64,000 bases of DNA, taken from Ylistrum balloti. Taxonomy: Eukaryota. The stretch spans positions 62,001-126,000 of the forward strand of contig NW_026783008.1 in assembly GCF_031769215.1 (NCBI RefSeq), read 5' to 3'. Below, one piece after another: positions 43,674-56,091 of this stretch. Both the position numbers and the translations under genes were made by a program. The notes under the pieces are model-generated. The model was not told the origin of the DNA. It made no database searches and worked only from the letters and a program-made list of their open reading frames with translations. Position 1 is the stretch's first letter, and every line of letters starts with the position of its first letter.

Positions 43674-43905
43674 GTACTCTTCGTTAATGCTATGGGCCCA
43701 AATTACTAGTACTTTCCAATGATGTTATTGGCCTAAATTAATAGGACTCTTCAGTAATGCTATGGGCCAAAATTTCTCAGACTCATCCGTGATGCTATTG
43801 GCCTAAATTGCTAGGACCCGTCAGTGATGCTATGGGCCTAAATGTTAAGACTCATCAATGATACCATTGGATTAGTTAACTAGGACTCTTCAATGATGCA
43901 AAGGG
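43674..43905. repeat. 35-bp degenerate minisatellite built from hammerhead 5' halves, 7 units
   Basis: Plus-strand GGACTCNTCAGT(A/G)ATGC-like motifs start near 43674, 43709, 43744, 43779, 43814, 43848 and 43883. Confidence 0.75.
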
Positions 43906-43995
43906 ACTAAAATAGTCTCCCTGATTATACTAGAATGTGCACAACTGGATAGTACCATTTTAATGTTAACGTATAGTTATATAATGAATAAAAGT

Positions 43996-44036
43996 GCACC
44001 ATACATATGTTTCTTCCAGGGACTCGTCAGTAATGC
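43996..44036 (-). ncRNA. Minimal type I hammerhead ribozyme, near-intact (one C11.1-to-A change)
   Basis: Minus strand: GCAUUA CUGACGA G UCCCUGGA A GAAA C AUAU GUA UGGUGC. Stem I GCAUUA/UGGUGC, core CUGANGA and GAAA, 1-bp stem III with palindromic AUAU loop, GUA cleavage triplet (cut between 44002 and 44001). Confidence 0.75.
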
Positions 44037-44299
44037 CAAGAGTCTATAATTGTAAAGCTAGGAGACGATTGAAAAAAATCCAAAGTGAGCGAATCAGGAC
44101 ACTTTTCTATACATTAGTTTAGTTAAATAGATGTTTTCTTGAAAATTTGTACGTTTTTTCCATGCACGTCTTTCGCGAATATCATGCAAGTAAAAAAACC
44201 AAAGAAAATACCGAAATGTCAACAGTCTTAATTCAAATCACATTCAATGAAGATTGGGTATTATTTGAACAAAAGAAATACACGGAGACTAAGACAAAG

Positions 44300-44850
44300 T
44301 ACAAGGTGAAAAGACCAGGTGTTCCGGAAGAGTAAGCGTCTTTATGTCAGATGGAGACTATTGAAAACTGAAAATGAGAATAAGACCAGGTGTTGCGGAA
44401 GGAATCTGCCATGTAAACCTTGGTCAATCAAAGTAAGAAATGGCACGTGCCCGAATAAGAACAAGGTAAACAACAAAAATATAATGCCCAATGTGATCAT
44501 TTTGATGACCATAATACTCCCCTATACAGTCCTCCCCAACTTGTATTCCTCGAAATCATGTGTTGAGAGATTATCTGTCACCTGTCGACATCTTGCTCAG
44601 GAATCGACATTTTGGGAACAAGCCCTTTAGAATAACTGGAATAAATAGAAAGATTGGAGAAGCTATCTAGAAATGGAAAATTCATACTATGTAATACAGT
44701 CAGGTGGAAAGCTATCCCTGTTGGTTTCGTTGTAGGAAAATGACGGCGGTAAGAGGCTGATGTTGTAGAGCCTGTAGTGTTTTCCAATTCTGGCAAGTAA
44801 AACGTCTGAAAATATTTAATAAAATGTCGTATGTAAATGACCGTTGTCAT
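44300..44850 (-). mobile_element. Highly decayed Penelope-like retroelement fragment (RT C-terminal part and 3' region)
   Basis: Minus-strand ORF 44578-44850 contains ENTTGSTTSASY and SMNFPFL, resembling remembered PLE RT motifs TTDT..SASYLDL and IVNFPFL. The adjacent AAGACCAGGTGTTCCGGAAGAGTAAG module recurs near 45113 and 53333. Confidence 0.6.
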
Positions 44851-45109
44851 ATAACTACTAAAATTCTATCAAAATATACAACAGTATTCATTTGTGTTTC
44901 TTTTGTACCTTCCTCCTAATTACTTCACCATATCGACCGTGAAACGTCTACATAATATTTATCAACATCTCTGAACCCTACTCTTGCAGCGTGATGGAAG
45001 TTGAAATATCAGAAAGCCATTGGGGAAAACTTATCTCCGATGTACAAAAACAGTCTTTAAAACAGTAAAGACACGTCAACATAATCACAACCCAAGCACA
45101 AATCAACAA

Positions 45110-45200
45110 AACTAAGACCAGATGTTCCGGAAGAGTAAGGGTCCTCTGCTTCATCGCCGACTACCGCCATGTTAATCTTGGTCGATCCAAGTAAGCGCTG
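45110..45200. repeat. Dispersed fragment of the same Penelope-like family
   Basis: TAAGACCAGATGTTCCGGAAGAGTAAGGGTCC...GCCATGTTAATCTTGGTCGATCCAAGTAAG aligns by eye with 44310-44440 and 53333-53415. Confidence 0.6.
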
Positions 45201-46389
45201 ACACATTCTCAAATGAGAACAAGATATACGATATCGAAACCAACAGACAAACTAACGACCATCAGACACGTCCAGCCTCATATCCCACAAAGAAATAGAA
45301 TATTATGAGATCACTATGGCGACAGTAAAATGAATTTTGTAAAAATTTGTCAAAATCCACCAACATTTGCTGGAGTTACGGGACTTCAAAATCCTTAAAA
45401 TAGAAATCTTCGTTTCGATCACATGACTTTTAACTTTCAGATTTGAATTAATTTAGCATAATGATTTATATAACCGAGATTTCAAATGAGTTCAGTATTG
45501 ATCAAGTCCATCAGTATCTCATATATTCTTTAATAAAAATATTTTCCTAATGACTTCACAATGAAAACCACTTTTGCTTATCTCCTTTTTTAATGTATTT
45601 CAAAACTATCTTTCAAATGAATGTCCTAGCCTTCAAAAATGACATGCGCGGAGATTTAGTGTTTCTTAATATATATTGTTCATGAAAAAGATAAGTGCGA
45701 CAGAAAAAAGTCAGCAGATATTTCAATATTGTACAAATTGCATGGCATTGATGTGCCTATAGCAGGTAAAAATTATATATTTTCGTTTAGATCGATTTTC
45801 GTGGTTTTTCAACAAAAAAAAACCCTTTTTTGATGACACTTAATTTCGTGGCAAGTTATAACTCAGTAAATCTATTTATACAACTAGTAATCCAAAGAGT
45901 TCGTAGAGATGTGGAGAGCACACGTGAAATAAACGAAAATAAATCCCCACGAAAAGTGATGAGTTAACAGTCACAACAATTGACACTGACTATTGAAAAT
46001 ATGTTTATAACACTAAGTACTGCAGAATATCTGTCTCCTAAATTTGTCTATATTTAAAACATAACCGCTTCCAGTTAAAGGTTGTGAATTTTGCTGAAGC
46101 TTATTTCTTTTAAATTACTGGGTTGGAAAAGATAATAACATACTTCGGGACTTCAGGTCGAGAGGACGAAAAAACGACACGCACCAAGGAAGATATAAAT
46201 AAAGAACCGACTACATAGGAAATGAAAAGAAATGACAACGCCTCTTGACGAACAAAGAGTAATCAAAGTAAACAAAAGCCAAGGGCCCCAAACAAAAGGG
46301 AAATCAAAATAAAAACAACAGGAAAAAGCAATAAAGGAAACACTCAAAATAACAGCAATCAGTAAAACAGACTATTCCAGGTACACAAG

Positions 46390-49300
46390 AACGGGAAAAC
46401 GACAGTAAGAACTGATATCAAATTAGAAACGGGAACGTGACAGGAGACACTGACATTACAGCAAAAAACGGGAAAACGACAGTAAGAACTGACATCAAAT
46501 TAGAAACGGGAACGTGACAGGAGACACTGACATTACAGCAAAAAACGGGAAAACGACAGTAAGAACTGACATCAAATTAGAAACGGGAACGTGACAGGAG
46601 ACACTGAAATTACAGCAAAAAACGGGAAAACGACAGTAAGAACTGACATCAAATTAGAAACGGGAACGTGACAGGAGACACTGACATTACAACAAACAAC
46701 GGGAAAACGACAGTAAGAACTGACATCAAATTAGAAACGGGAACGTGACAGGAGACACTGACATTACAGCAAAAAACGGGAAAACGACAGTAAGAACTGA
46801 TATCAAATTAGAAACGGGAACGTGACAGGAGGCACTGACATTACAGCAAAAAAAACGGGAAAACGACAGTAAGAACTGATATCAAATTAGAAACGGGAAC
46901 GTGACAGGAGACACTGACATTACAGCAAAAAACGGGAAAACGACAGTAAGAACTGACATCAAATTAGAAACGGGAACGTGACAGGAGACACTGACATTAC
47001 AGCAAAAAACGGGAAAACGACAGTAAGAACTGATATCAAATTAGAAACGGGAACGTGATAGGAGGCACTGACATTACAGCAAAAACGGGAAAGCGACAGT
47101 AAGAACTGATATCAAATTAGAAACGGGAACGTGACAGGAGACACTGACATTACAGCAAAAAACGGGAAAGAACTGACATCAAAACAGAAACTGGAAGGTG
47201 ATAGGAGAATTTGACATCAAAACAGAAACTTGAAAACGACTGTAAGAATTGACATCAAAACAGAAACTTGAAAACGACAGTAAGAATTGACATCAAAACA
47301 GAAATTTGAAAACGACAGTAAGAATTGACATCAAAACAGAAACAGGATAACGACAGTAAGAATTGACATCAAAACAGAAACAGGATAACGACAGTTAGAA
47401 TTGACATCAAAACAGAAACTTGAAAACGACAGTAAGAATTGACATCAAAACAGAAACTTTAAAACGACAGTAAGAATTGACATCAAAACAGAAACTTGAA
47501 AACGACAGTAAGAATTGATATCAAAACAGAAACTTGAAAACGACAGTAAGAATTGATATCAAAACAGAAACTTGAAAACGACAGTAAGAATTGACATCAA
47601 AACAGAAACTTGAAAACGACAGTAAGAATTGATATCAAAACAGAAACTTGAAAACGACAGTAAGAATTGACATCAAAACAGAAACCGGAAAGTGACAGGA
47701 GAATTTGACACCAAAACAGAAACTTGAAAACGACAGTAAGAATTGACATCAAAACAGAAACTGGAAGGTGATAGGAGAATTTGACATCAAAACAGAAACA
47801 GGATAACGACAGTTAGAATTGACATCAAAACAGAAACTTGAAAACGACAGTAAGAATTGACATCAAAACAGAATTGACATCAAAACAGAAACTTGAAAAC
47901 GACAGTAAGAATTGACATCAAAACAGAAACTTGAAAACGACAGTAAGAACTGACGTCAAAACAGAAACTTTAAAACGACAGTAAGAATTGACATCAAAAC
48001 AGAAACAGGATAACGACAGTTAGAATTGACATCAAAACAGAAACTTTAAAACGACAGCAAGAATTGACATCAAAACAGAAACAGGATAACGACTGTAAGA
48101 AATTATATCAAAACAGAAACAGTACAGTGACAGTAAGCATTGACATCATAACAAAAATGGGAAAACGACAGTTAGAATTGACATCAAAACAGAAACTGGA
48201 AAGTGACAGGAGGAATTGACATCAATACAGAAACTGGAAAATGACAGGAGGAATTGACATCAAAACAGAAACTGGAAAGTGACAGGAGGAATTGACATCA
48301 GAACAGAAACCGGAAAGTGACAGGAGAATTTGACACCAAAACAGAAACTGGAAAGTGACAGGAGAATTTGACATCAAAACAGAAACCGGAAAGTGACAGG
48401 AGAAATTGACATCAGAACAGAAACTGGAGAACAGAAACGGGAAAGTGACAGGAGGAATTGATATCAAAACAGAATAAGAATTGACATCAAAACAGAAACT
48501 GGAAAGTGACAGGAGGAATTGACATCAAAACAGAAACTGGAAAGTGACAGGAGGAATTGACATCAAAACAGAAACTGGAAAGTGACAGGAGGAATTGACA
48601 TCAGAACAGAAACTGGAAAGCGACAGGAGGAATTGACATCAAAACAGAAACTGGAAAGTGACAGGAGGAATTGACATCAAAACAGAAACTGGAAAGTGAC
48701 AGGAGGAATTGACATCAGAACAGAAACCGGAAAGTGACAGGAGAATTTGACATCAAAACAGAAACTGGAAAGTGACAAGAGAATTTGACATCAAAACAGA
48801 AACTGGAAAGTGACAGGAGAAATTGACACCAAAACAGAAACTGGAAAGTGACAGGAGAATTTGACACCAAAACAGAAACTGGAAAGTGACAGGAGAATTT
48901 GACATCAAAACAGAAACCGGAAAGTGACAGGAGAAATTGACATCAGAACAGAAACTGGAGAACAGAAACGGGAAAGTAACAGGAGGAATTGATATCAAAA
49001 CAGAAACTTGAAAACGACAGTGAGAATTGACATCAAAACAGAAACTGGAAAGTGACAGGAGGAATTGACATCAAAACAGAAACTGGAAAGTGACAGGAGG
49101 AATTGACATCAAAACAGAAACTGGAAAGCGACAGGATGAATTGACATCAGAACAGAAACTGGAAAGTGACAGGAGGAATTGACATCAAAACAGAAACTGG
49201 AAAGCGACAGGAGGAATGGACATCAGAACAGAAACTGGAAAATGACAGGAGGAATTGACATCAGAACAGAAACTGGAAAGTGACAGGAGGAATTGACATC

Positions 49301-51050
49301 AGAACAAAAACGGGAAAACCGCAGTTAGGATATATATCAAAACAGACACCGGAAAGCGACAACAAGAATTGATATCAGAACTGAAATAGGAAAACAAAAG
49401 TTAGAACTGACATTAAAACAGAAACTGGAAAGTGACAGGAGGAATTGACATCAAAACAGAAACTTGAAAGCGACAGGAGGAATGGACATCAGAACAGAAA
49501 CTGGAAAGTGACAGGAGGAATTGACACCAGAACAGAAACGGGAAAACCGCAGTTAGGATATATAACAAAACAGACACCGGAAAGCGACAACAAGAATTGA
49601 TATCAGAACTGAAATAGGAAAACAAAGGTTAGAACTGACATTAAACAAAAACTGGAAAGCGACAGGAGGAATTGACATCAAAACAGAAACTGGAAAGCGA
49701 CAGGAGGAATGGAAATCAGAACAGAAACTGGAAAATGACAGGAGGAATTGACATCAGAACAGAAACTGGAAAGTGACAGGAGGAATTGACATCAGAACAA
49801 AAACGGGAAAACCGCAATTCGGATATATATCAAAACAGATACCGGAAAGCGACAACAAGAATTGATATCAGAACTGATATAGGAAAACAAAGGTTAGAAC
49901 TGACATTAAAACAGAAACTGGAAGGTGATAGGAGGCACTGACATCAGAACAAAAACGGGGAAATGACAGTAAGAACTGACATCAAAACAGAAACTTGACA
50001 TCTGTAAAAAAACAGAAAAAAAACTTGAAAACGACAGTAAGAATTGACATCAAAACAGACATCAAAACAGAGACAGGAAAACGACAGTAAGAATTGACAT
50101 CAAAACAGAAACTTGAAAACGACAGTAAGAATTGACATCAAAACAGAAACAGGAAAGTGACAGGAGGCACCGACATCAGAACAAAAACGGGGAAATGACA
50201 GTAAGAACTGACATCAAAACAGAAACTTGAAAGTGACTGTAAAAATTGACATCAAGAAAAAAAACTTGAAAACGACAGTAAGAATTGACATCAAAACAGA
50301 AACTTGAAAACGACAGTAAGAATTGACATCAAAACAGAGACAGGAAAACGACAGTAAGAATTGACATCAAAACAGAAACTTGAAAATGACAGGAGGAATT
50401 GACATCAAAACAGAAACTGGAAAGTGACAGGAGGAATTGACATCAGAACAGAAACCGGAAAGTGACGGGAGGAATTGACATCAAAACAGAAACTGGAAAG
50501 TGACAGGAGGAATTGATATCAAAACAGAAACTTGAAAATGACAGGAGGAATTGACATCAAAACAGAAACTGGAAAGTGACAGGAGGAATTGACATCAGAA
50601 CAGAAACCGGAAAGTGACGGGAGGAATTGACATCAGAACAGAAACCGGAAAGTGACGGGAGGAATTGACATCAGAACAGAAACTGGAAAGTGACAGGAGG
50701 AATTGACATCAAAACAGAAACTGGAAAGTGACAGGAGGAATTGACATCAAAACAGAAACTGGAAAGCGACAGGAGGAATTGACATCAGAACAGAAACTGA
50801 CATCAAAACAGTGACAGGAGGAATTGACATCAAAACAGAAACTGGAAAGTGACAGGAGGAATTGACATCAAAACAGAAACTGGAAAGTGACAGGAGGAAT
50901 TGACATCAGAACAGAAACTGGAAAGCGACAGGAGGAATTGACATCAAAACAGAAACTGGAAAGTGACAGGAGGAATTGACATCAGAACAGAAACTGGAAA
51001 GTGACAGGAGGAATTGACATCAAAACAGAAACAGGAAAACAACAATTAGA
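46390..51050. repeat. 4.6-kb satellite of 38-bp monomers (about 120 units) with zonal variants and higher-order repeats
   Basis: 77-bp dimer at ~46390-47160; TTGAAAACGACAGTAAGAATTGACATCAAAACAGAAAC zone; CTGGAAAGTGACAGGAGGAATTGACATCAAAACAGAAA zone. Strongly A/purine-rich + strand. Confidence 0.96.
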
Positions 51051-53069
51051 ACTAACAGCCAAAAAAAACCACACAACACGATTGTTTTCCAAATAAAAGG
51101 TAAAACAGTTTCAGAAATAGGCATCAAAAGGGACTGGAAACACGGACGGCTCATCAATGACCGTGGTAAAATCAAAAGACATCACCATTAGGGAAACAGC
51201 AAAACAAAAGAAACAATAGTTTGGGAGGAAGGAAGGTGCATATATAAACATATATAATACAAAAAATATAAATATAACATATACGGTTGATTATCACTAA
51301 CGTTTTTACAACCATCGATATCGGGAAGCGAGATGATTTGGGAAACAGATGAATGGACAGGAGCTGTGAAGATAATAAAAGATAACAAAAAAATGTATGA
51401 AGAATCGAAACGACAAAGAAAACAACAGAAAACCACAACATTTTTATAACTTCATCCTAGATGATACGTGTAGGTCATTTAAAGCAATAACACGTTCTAA
51501 AACTGAGAACCAGGTCAATAAAAACGAAACTAATAGGCATTGACGCGCACACTCGTATTCAAAATATTTTCCTTCAACGTTAACATGTGATAATGAATTC
51601 GTGATTTGATGAAAAAATACAGAAATAATTTGAGGAGACGTAACTAAAGAAACAACAGTAATCCAAGCAGAGGAGAAAGTGGGTGAAGCGTTATGTTAAG
51701 CAGTTTCGTGCAATTAATGGCAACTGAAAAAAACATCAATTGTATAGTATGACGAAAGTAATAAAAAAACAAAAACAAAACCAAAAAATGAATAAAAACA
51801 AGCAAAAACCTCCTTTGCGATTCATTACGGATAAAAATCTAAATTGCAATATCTGAAAATTCTTAAATATCAAGCAAAAAGAATGGCATAACATTATCGT
51901 TAACTGAACGTTGCCATATTCCAAAAGTTTGTTAATACATTCTTTGTGTTTATCATAAAAAAAAAGAAGTTTAATCTTCGTCCGTCTCGCCTTTTATTGA
52001 TAAGGGCGATAATGAGTTACTAAACTTTTACGGGCAAATTTTGCATTGGCTGAAAATAAACAGTTCCAAAAAGAAACTCAGATTGTTAGCCCGTAGCAGT
52101 AGTCGTCACTGTACTCAACATTTATTCCATATGGAAAAACAATAACTGCAATGTTCAGTCGAAATACATAATCACTAATAATGAAGCAAAACAAACTTAA
52201 CCATTTTTATATCTTTATATCATTCATTACAAAGATTACATAAAGGACACACAAATATTTAATGCAAATTAAGAATTTAGTGCAGTAAACATCATTATAC
52301 AGCTCTTTCGTCTTTTAAGGGCTAAGTACGGAATTATATACATGTTGATGTCCATGGTCTAGGGGCCAAAGTACTGAACCCCATGAGTGACCGAGGGAAA
52401 ATCCAAAATCATTAAAAGAAATGTAAAAATCTAGATGGGGAGGTGCGAAATTTGTGTGCATGCCTAACACAGGTAAGTTAAACGTAATCATGCACAACCT
52501 AGTTTGGTAATATTTCGTTAATTTACCACCACCCCCCCCCCCCCCAAAAAAAAAAAAAAAAACAAAAACAAAACATTTTTATCCATTTAATCTAAATTGC
52601 CAGTTAACAATCGTATTTAAGACTTTCTAAAACTTAGATTTACACGATATATCACAACGTTCCATTTGGATTTAGACTGGCTACCATCCCTTTAGTTGTT
52701 TTTTTTTTTTTGTCAAAGAAACACACCGTACAATTTTTGTACTTTCGGGATTAAATGTTACCAAGAGATCAGAATTATAAGACTCAATTTTATCTAAAAC
52801 ATTCTAGAGAGTGGGACCTATCTAATTTGCTTTGCATTATTAAAATGGATTGTTTCCTTGGAAATCACATTTTAGTATAATGAAATCTCGCCTCAATATA
52901 CACATTAGAATAAATACGGACAGATCAGTTAGTAATAAGGAAGATTGATCCAGTAATGAAGGGGGTCCCAGGAAATTTAGGGGATCTTTCTGCTAACAGA
53001 GGCTGTTGACAAAAACATCAACAACAAAATGTTTGGGTTGGTAGTAACAGAAATGGCAACATAATCATA

Positions 53070-53420
53070 ATTCAAACTTAAATTCAATCAATTAGAACAA
53101 AATATGAACAAAAGAAACATTTACACGGAGGTTACTGAAAAAGTAAAAGGAGAATAAAGGTGAGGTCAAGGCAAATTTTTACCCGAGTTTTATTTCAAAT
53201 GAAGTGAAAAAATATCAAGAAAATACCACCATGGCAATATAATCCTAATTCAAACTCAAATTTCATAAAACCAGGTCAAAATATGAACAACAGAAATAGT
53301 TACATGAAGACTTCTACAAAAGTACTCAGAGAATAAGACCAGGTTTTACGGAAGAGTAAGCGTCTTCTTCTTTATCGACTACACCCGCCATGAAAACCTT
53401 GATCAATCCAAGTAATGTCA
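53070..53420. repeat. Dispersed fragments related to 43440-43540 and 44310-44440
   Basis: ATAATC...AAAC...AAAATATGAACAA module occurs twice here and once at ~43445, followed by the AAGACCAGG...GGAAGAGTAAGCGTC module. Confidence 0.55.
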
Positions 53421-55225
53421 TGTTTTCAAATGAAAGGAAAGGTAGGTATACAACAACGGAACCAACAGGCAAGTTATCGCGCATCAGGAACTAGAATATT
53501 TCTCAATAAGTTCACGACCATAAAACTTCCACATAATTTTCATCAACCTGCGTCTTTTGTACGAGTTACGTGTTCTTTATAAATAATTGATTTCCGCATC
53601 AATCATTATGAAATTATCACTATGATATTCAATAATTATAGTAATTCTTATTGATACTTGGAGTAGGCGAAAAAAAGTCAATTTGGTAAAATCATCACTG
53701 ATTTCACTATTTATTCATTTTTGAATGTCTCTACCTAATCCAGACGAAGAAAAAATATATCATAATGTTGTGTGCTCTTATGGCACAGTAAAAGGTTGAT
53801 TATGTGAAGAGAGAGATTATTGATAAAACACCCTGTTGTTTACAAAATGTTTTGGTACCCATGATTCCTAAAAAAATCAGTGTAGTTAAAACACTATCAG
53901 TCTACAAGCAAACGGAATTGAGAATGAATATCTTTTGGAATAAAATTACATAGACTTTTGAGGGGTCTTTTGGGGGTAGCTATATAAAATCATGCCAAAA
54001 TAATTGTTAAATTTTCAGGAAAGTTGCATCACGGGAATACGGTAACTTGGAAATGTTTTACAAGAAATCACTCCTGAAAACATTGGTATGGCACTATAAT
54101 ATAGGTGGTACGACATGTCTTATCTATATTGGCATGAAAATGTCTTTATTGTAATGAATTGTGCAACAGTGTGTTTTTCTTCTTCATTTTTCGTTTGTTG
54201 TTTTGTTTTTGAGAGAAAAGTTTTAAAAGATAAAATTGAGAACTCTATACAAATTCTGACAATGGTTTATATATATAAACCACTTGAAAGTTCATTAATA
54301 ATACTTCATACCAGACTTTAAAACAAAAGAAGTTTCGAAAAACTGATTATTATTGATGTTAAAATCAAACAGGCAGCTTCTTTTTGGAATGATATAAATA
54401 TGTCTAAGATAATGATGAAAATAGGGTAGACCTGGAGTACACTTCTTGGATTCTTCGACAGTGCACTTATATCAATAGCCAAACAGCTTCAGGGTTATCA
54501 TAATGCATTAATACAATGAGTGAAATATCACGGGGAAAATGATTTAATACAAGAGATAAGTATATCACATGTGCCAATGAAATAATATTCAAATTTGTCC
54601 AAATTTATTGACACGATCAAGTTTTAATCTTCATCAAGATTCGTGAAATAGCTAGGTCACGTCAATACGAGTGGGAGAGGCGGATCGTACACTTACTAAA
54701 TTAACGAAAACATTCTTATCGTAACGCTATGGCAGTTGAAAAGATACCTAAACTAATATTCTAAATAGTTCCAATACATATTCTAATGGTAATTTGCATA
54801 AAATGTATGATTTAAGTAAAATACATGTATCGTTATTATAGCGTCATCGTAGGTAACAATATGGCGCCTGTTCGATGTTTGTGCTTTTGTCCGCCGAGTG
54901 AATTCTTTTTTTACCAGAAATGTAGTATATATCTGTACATGTGTGGCATATCATACTAAAGGGAAATATTCATAGTTTATTTGTTGGTAACAATAAAAGC
55001 ATTGGAACAACAATTGATACGATAAATTTACATTTAAAGTGGAAATTTACTGGTGTCAAATCATAATATCGACAGAAATGCTTTAAAAACAGGAATTATT
55101 CTTATATATAGACATTCATACAAGAAATAAATGAAATTTACTAACAAAATTCTTGCGAACAGCATCGAAACTAAAAGTATTTCATTTGAAATCAAGGAAC
55201 TATAGCAGGTTAAAGTTAGGTCAGA

Positions 55226-55345
55226 AAACACACAATTCGTATATCGATAAATATAGTCAGCAGAAAGCGAGCGCTCGAGGTGGTGTCTTCGGCGACGTCC
55301 GAGCAAAATGTGTAAATAGGCGGTTTCGAGTAAAAATTGTCATTC
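55226..55345 (+). promoter_or_regulatory. H1 promoter, copy 1: H1/AC box, GTCCG H4-box-like element, TATA-like box, cap site
   Basis: AAACACA 55226-55232, GTCCG 55297-55301, TAAATA 55313-55318 and TCATTC 55340-55345. The cap A lies 29 nt from the TATA start. Confidence 0.7.
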
Positions 55346-55385
55346 TCGCTATTCTGTGTACAGGAAGCATACCCCACACGTCAAC

Positions 55386-55952
55386 ATGAGCGCCGCACCA
55401 GCAGTTCCAGCAAAGAAAGCCAAGAAGGCAAGCAAACCTAAGGTTCCCGCTGCCCACCCTCCATATGCCAATATGGTAGCTGCAGCTATCGGAGCCCTGA
55501 AGGAGAGGAAAGGCTCGTCAAAAGTCGCCATCGTCAAATATATTATGGCCAACTACAAAGTTGGTGATGACTCGAGCAAGGTTAGTTCCCGAGTGAAAGT
55601 TGCTCTGAAAAGCAGCGTTTCGAAGGGTTCTGTGAAGCAAGTGAAAGGCGTTGGAGCCTCCGGCTCATTCCGACTTGGAGAGAAACCAAAGGCCGAAAAG
55701 AAACCAAAAGCTAAGAAAGTGAAGAAGCCAAAGAAGGCCACGGCTACTAAACCAAAGAAGGCATCAGGCGAGAAGAAAGCAAAAAGCCCAAAGAAAGCAG
55801 CTAAGAAGCCAGCAGCTAAGAAACCTGCCTCCAAGCCAAAGAAGGCCAAGACTCCAAAGAAGCCTGCAGCCAAGAAACCTGCAGCCAAGAAACCAGCAGC
55901 AAAGAAGCCCGCAGCTAAGAAACCAGCAGCAAAGAAATCCGCCAAGAAGTAA
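55386..55952 (+). CDS. H1: Linker histone H1, copy 1 (188 aa, intronless)
   Basis: HPPY..MV..AI.ALKER.GSS..AI.KYI...Y winged-helix domain, [10 protein letters not shown], Lys/Ala/Pro-rich tail; ATG in TCAACATGA context. Confidence 0.97.
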   Translation: MSAAPAVPAKKAKKASKPKVPAAHPPYANMVAAAIGALKERKGSSKVAIVKYIMANYKVGDDSSKVSSRVKVALKSSVSKGSVKQVKGVGASGSFRLGEKPKAEKKPKAKKVKKPKKATATKPKKASGEKKAKSPKKAAKKPAAKKPASKPKKAKTPKKPAAKKPAAKKPAAKKPAAKKPAAKKSAKK

Positions 55953-55996
55953 ACACTTCACAGCTGACGGTCCTGACCGAGCCGCTAATCTTAAAA

Positions 55997-56091
55997 AGCC
56001 CTTTTCAGGGCTACCCATTTCCCTCGAAAAGTGTCGATGACACCTCGAATATACGCATTTTATTTCGGACAAGGCCGATGCAGGTAATAAA
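55997..56091 (+). terminator. Histone 3' stem-loop plus downstream poly(A) signal, copy 1
   Basis: AGCCCT-TTTC-AGGGCT 55997-56012 flanked by AAAA and ACCCA; AATAAA 56086-56091. Confidence 0.88.

Noticed and set aside
46155-46175. GGACGAAA, and TTGATGAG (minus strand) near 51150, as further hammerheads
   Set aside because: Only one half of the core is present at each site and there are no supporting stems.
51290-51450. Short Trp-containing open frame (…MIWETDEWTGAV…) as a LINE remnant
   Set aside because: Too short and A-rich to assign without a homology search.
55356-55385. 198-aa H1 with a 10-aa N-terminal extension as given by the ORF track
   Set aside because: It starts at GTG inside the 5' UTR; the ATG at 55386 fits the cap site and typical H1 N-termini.
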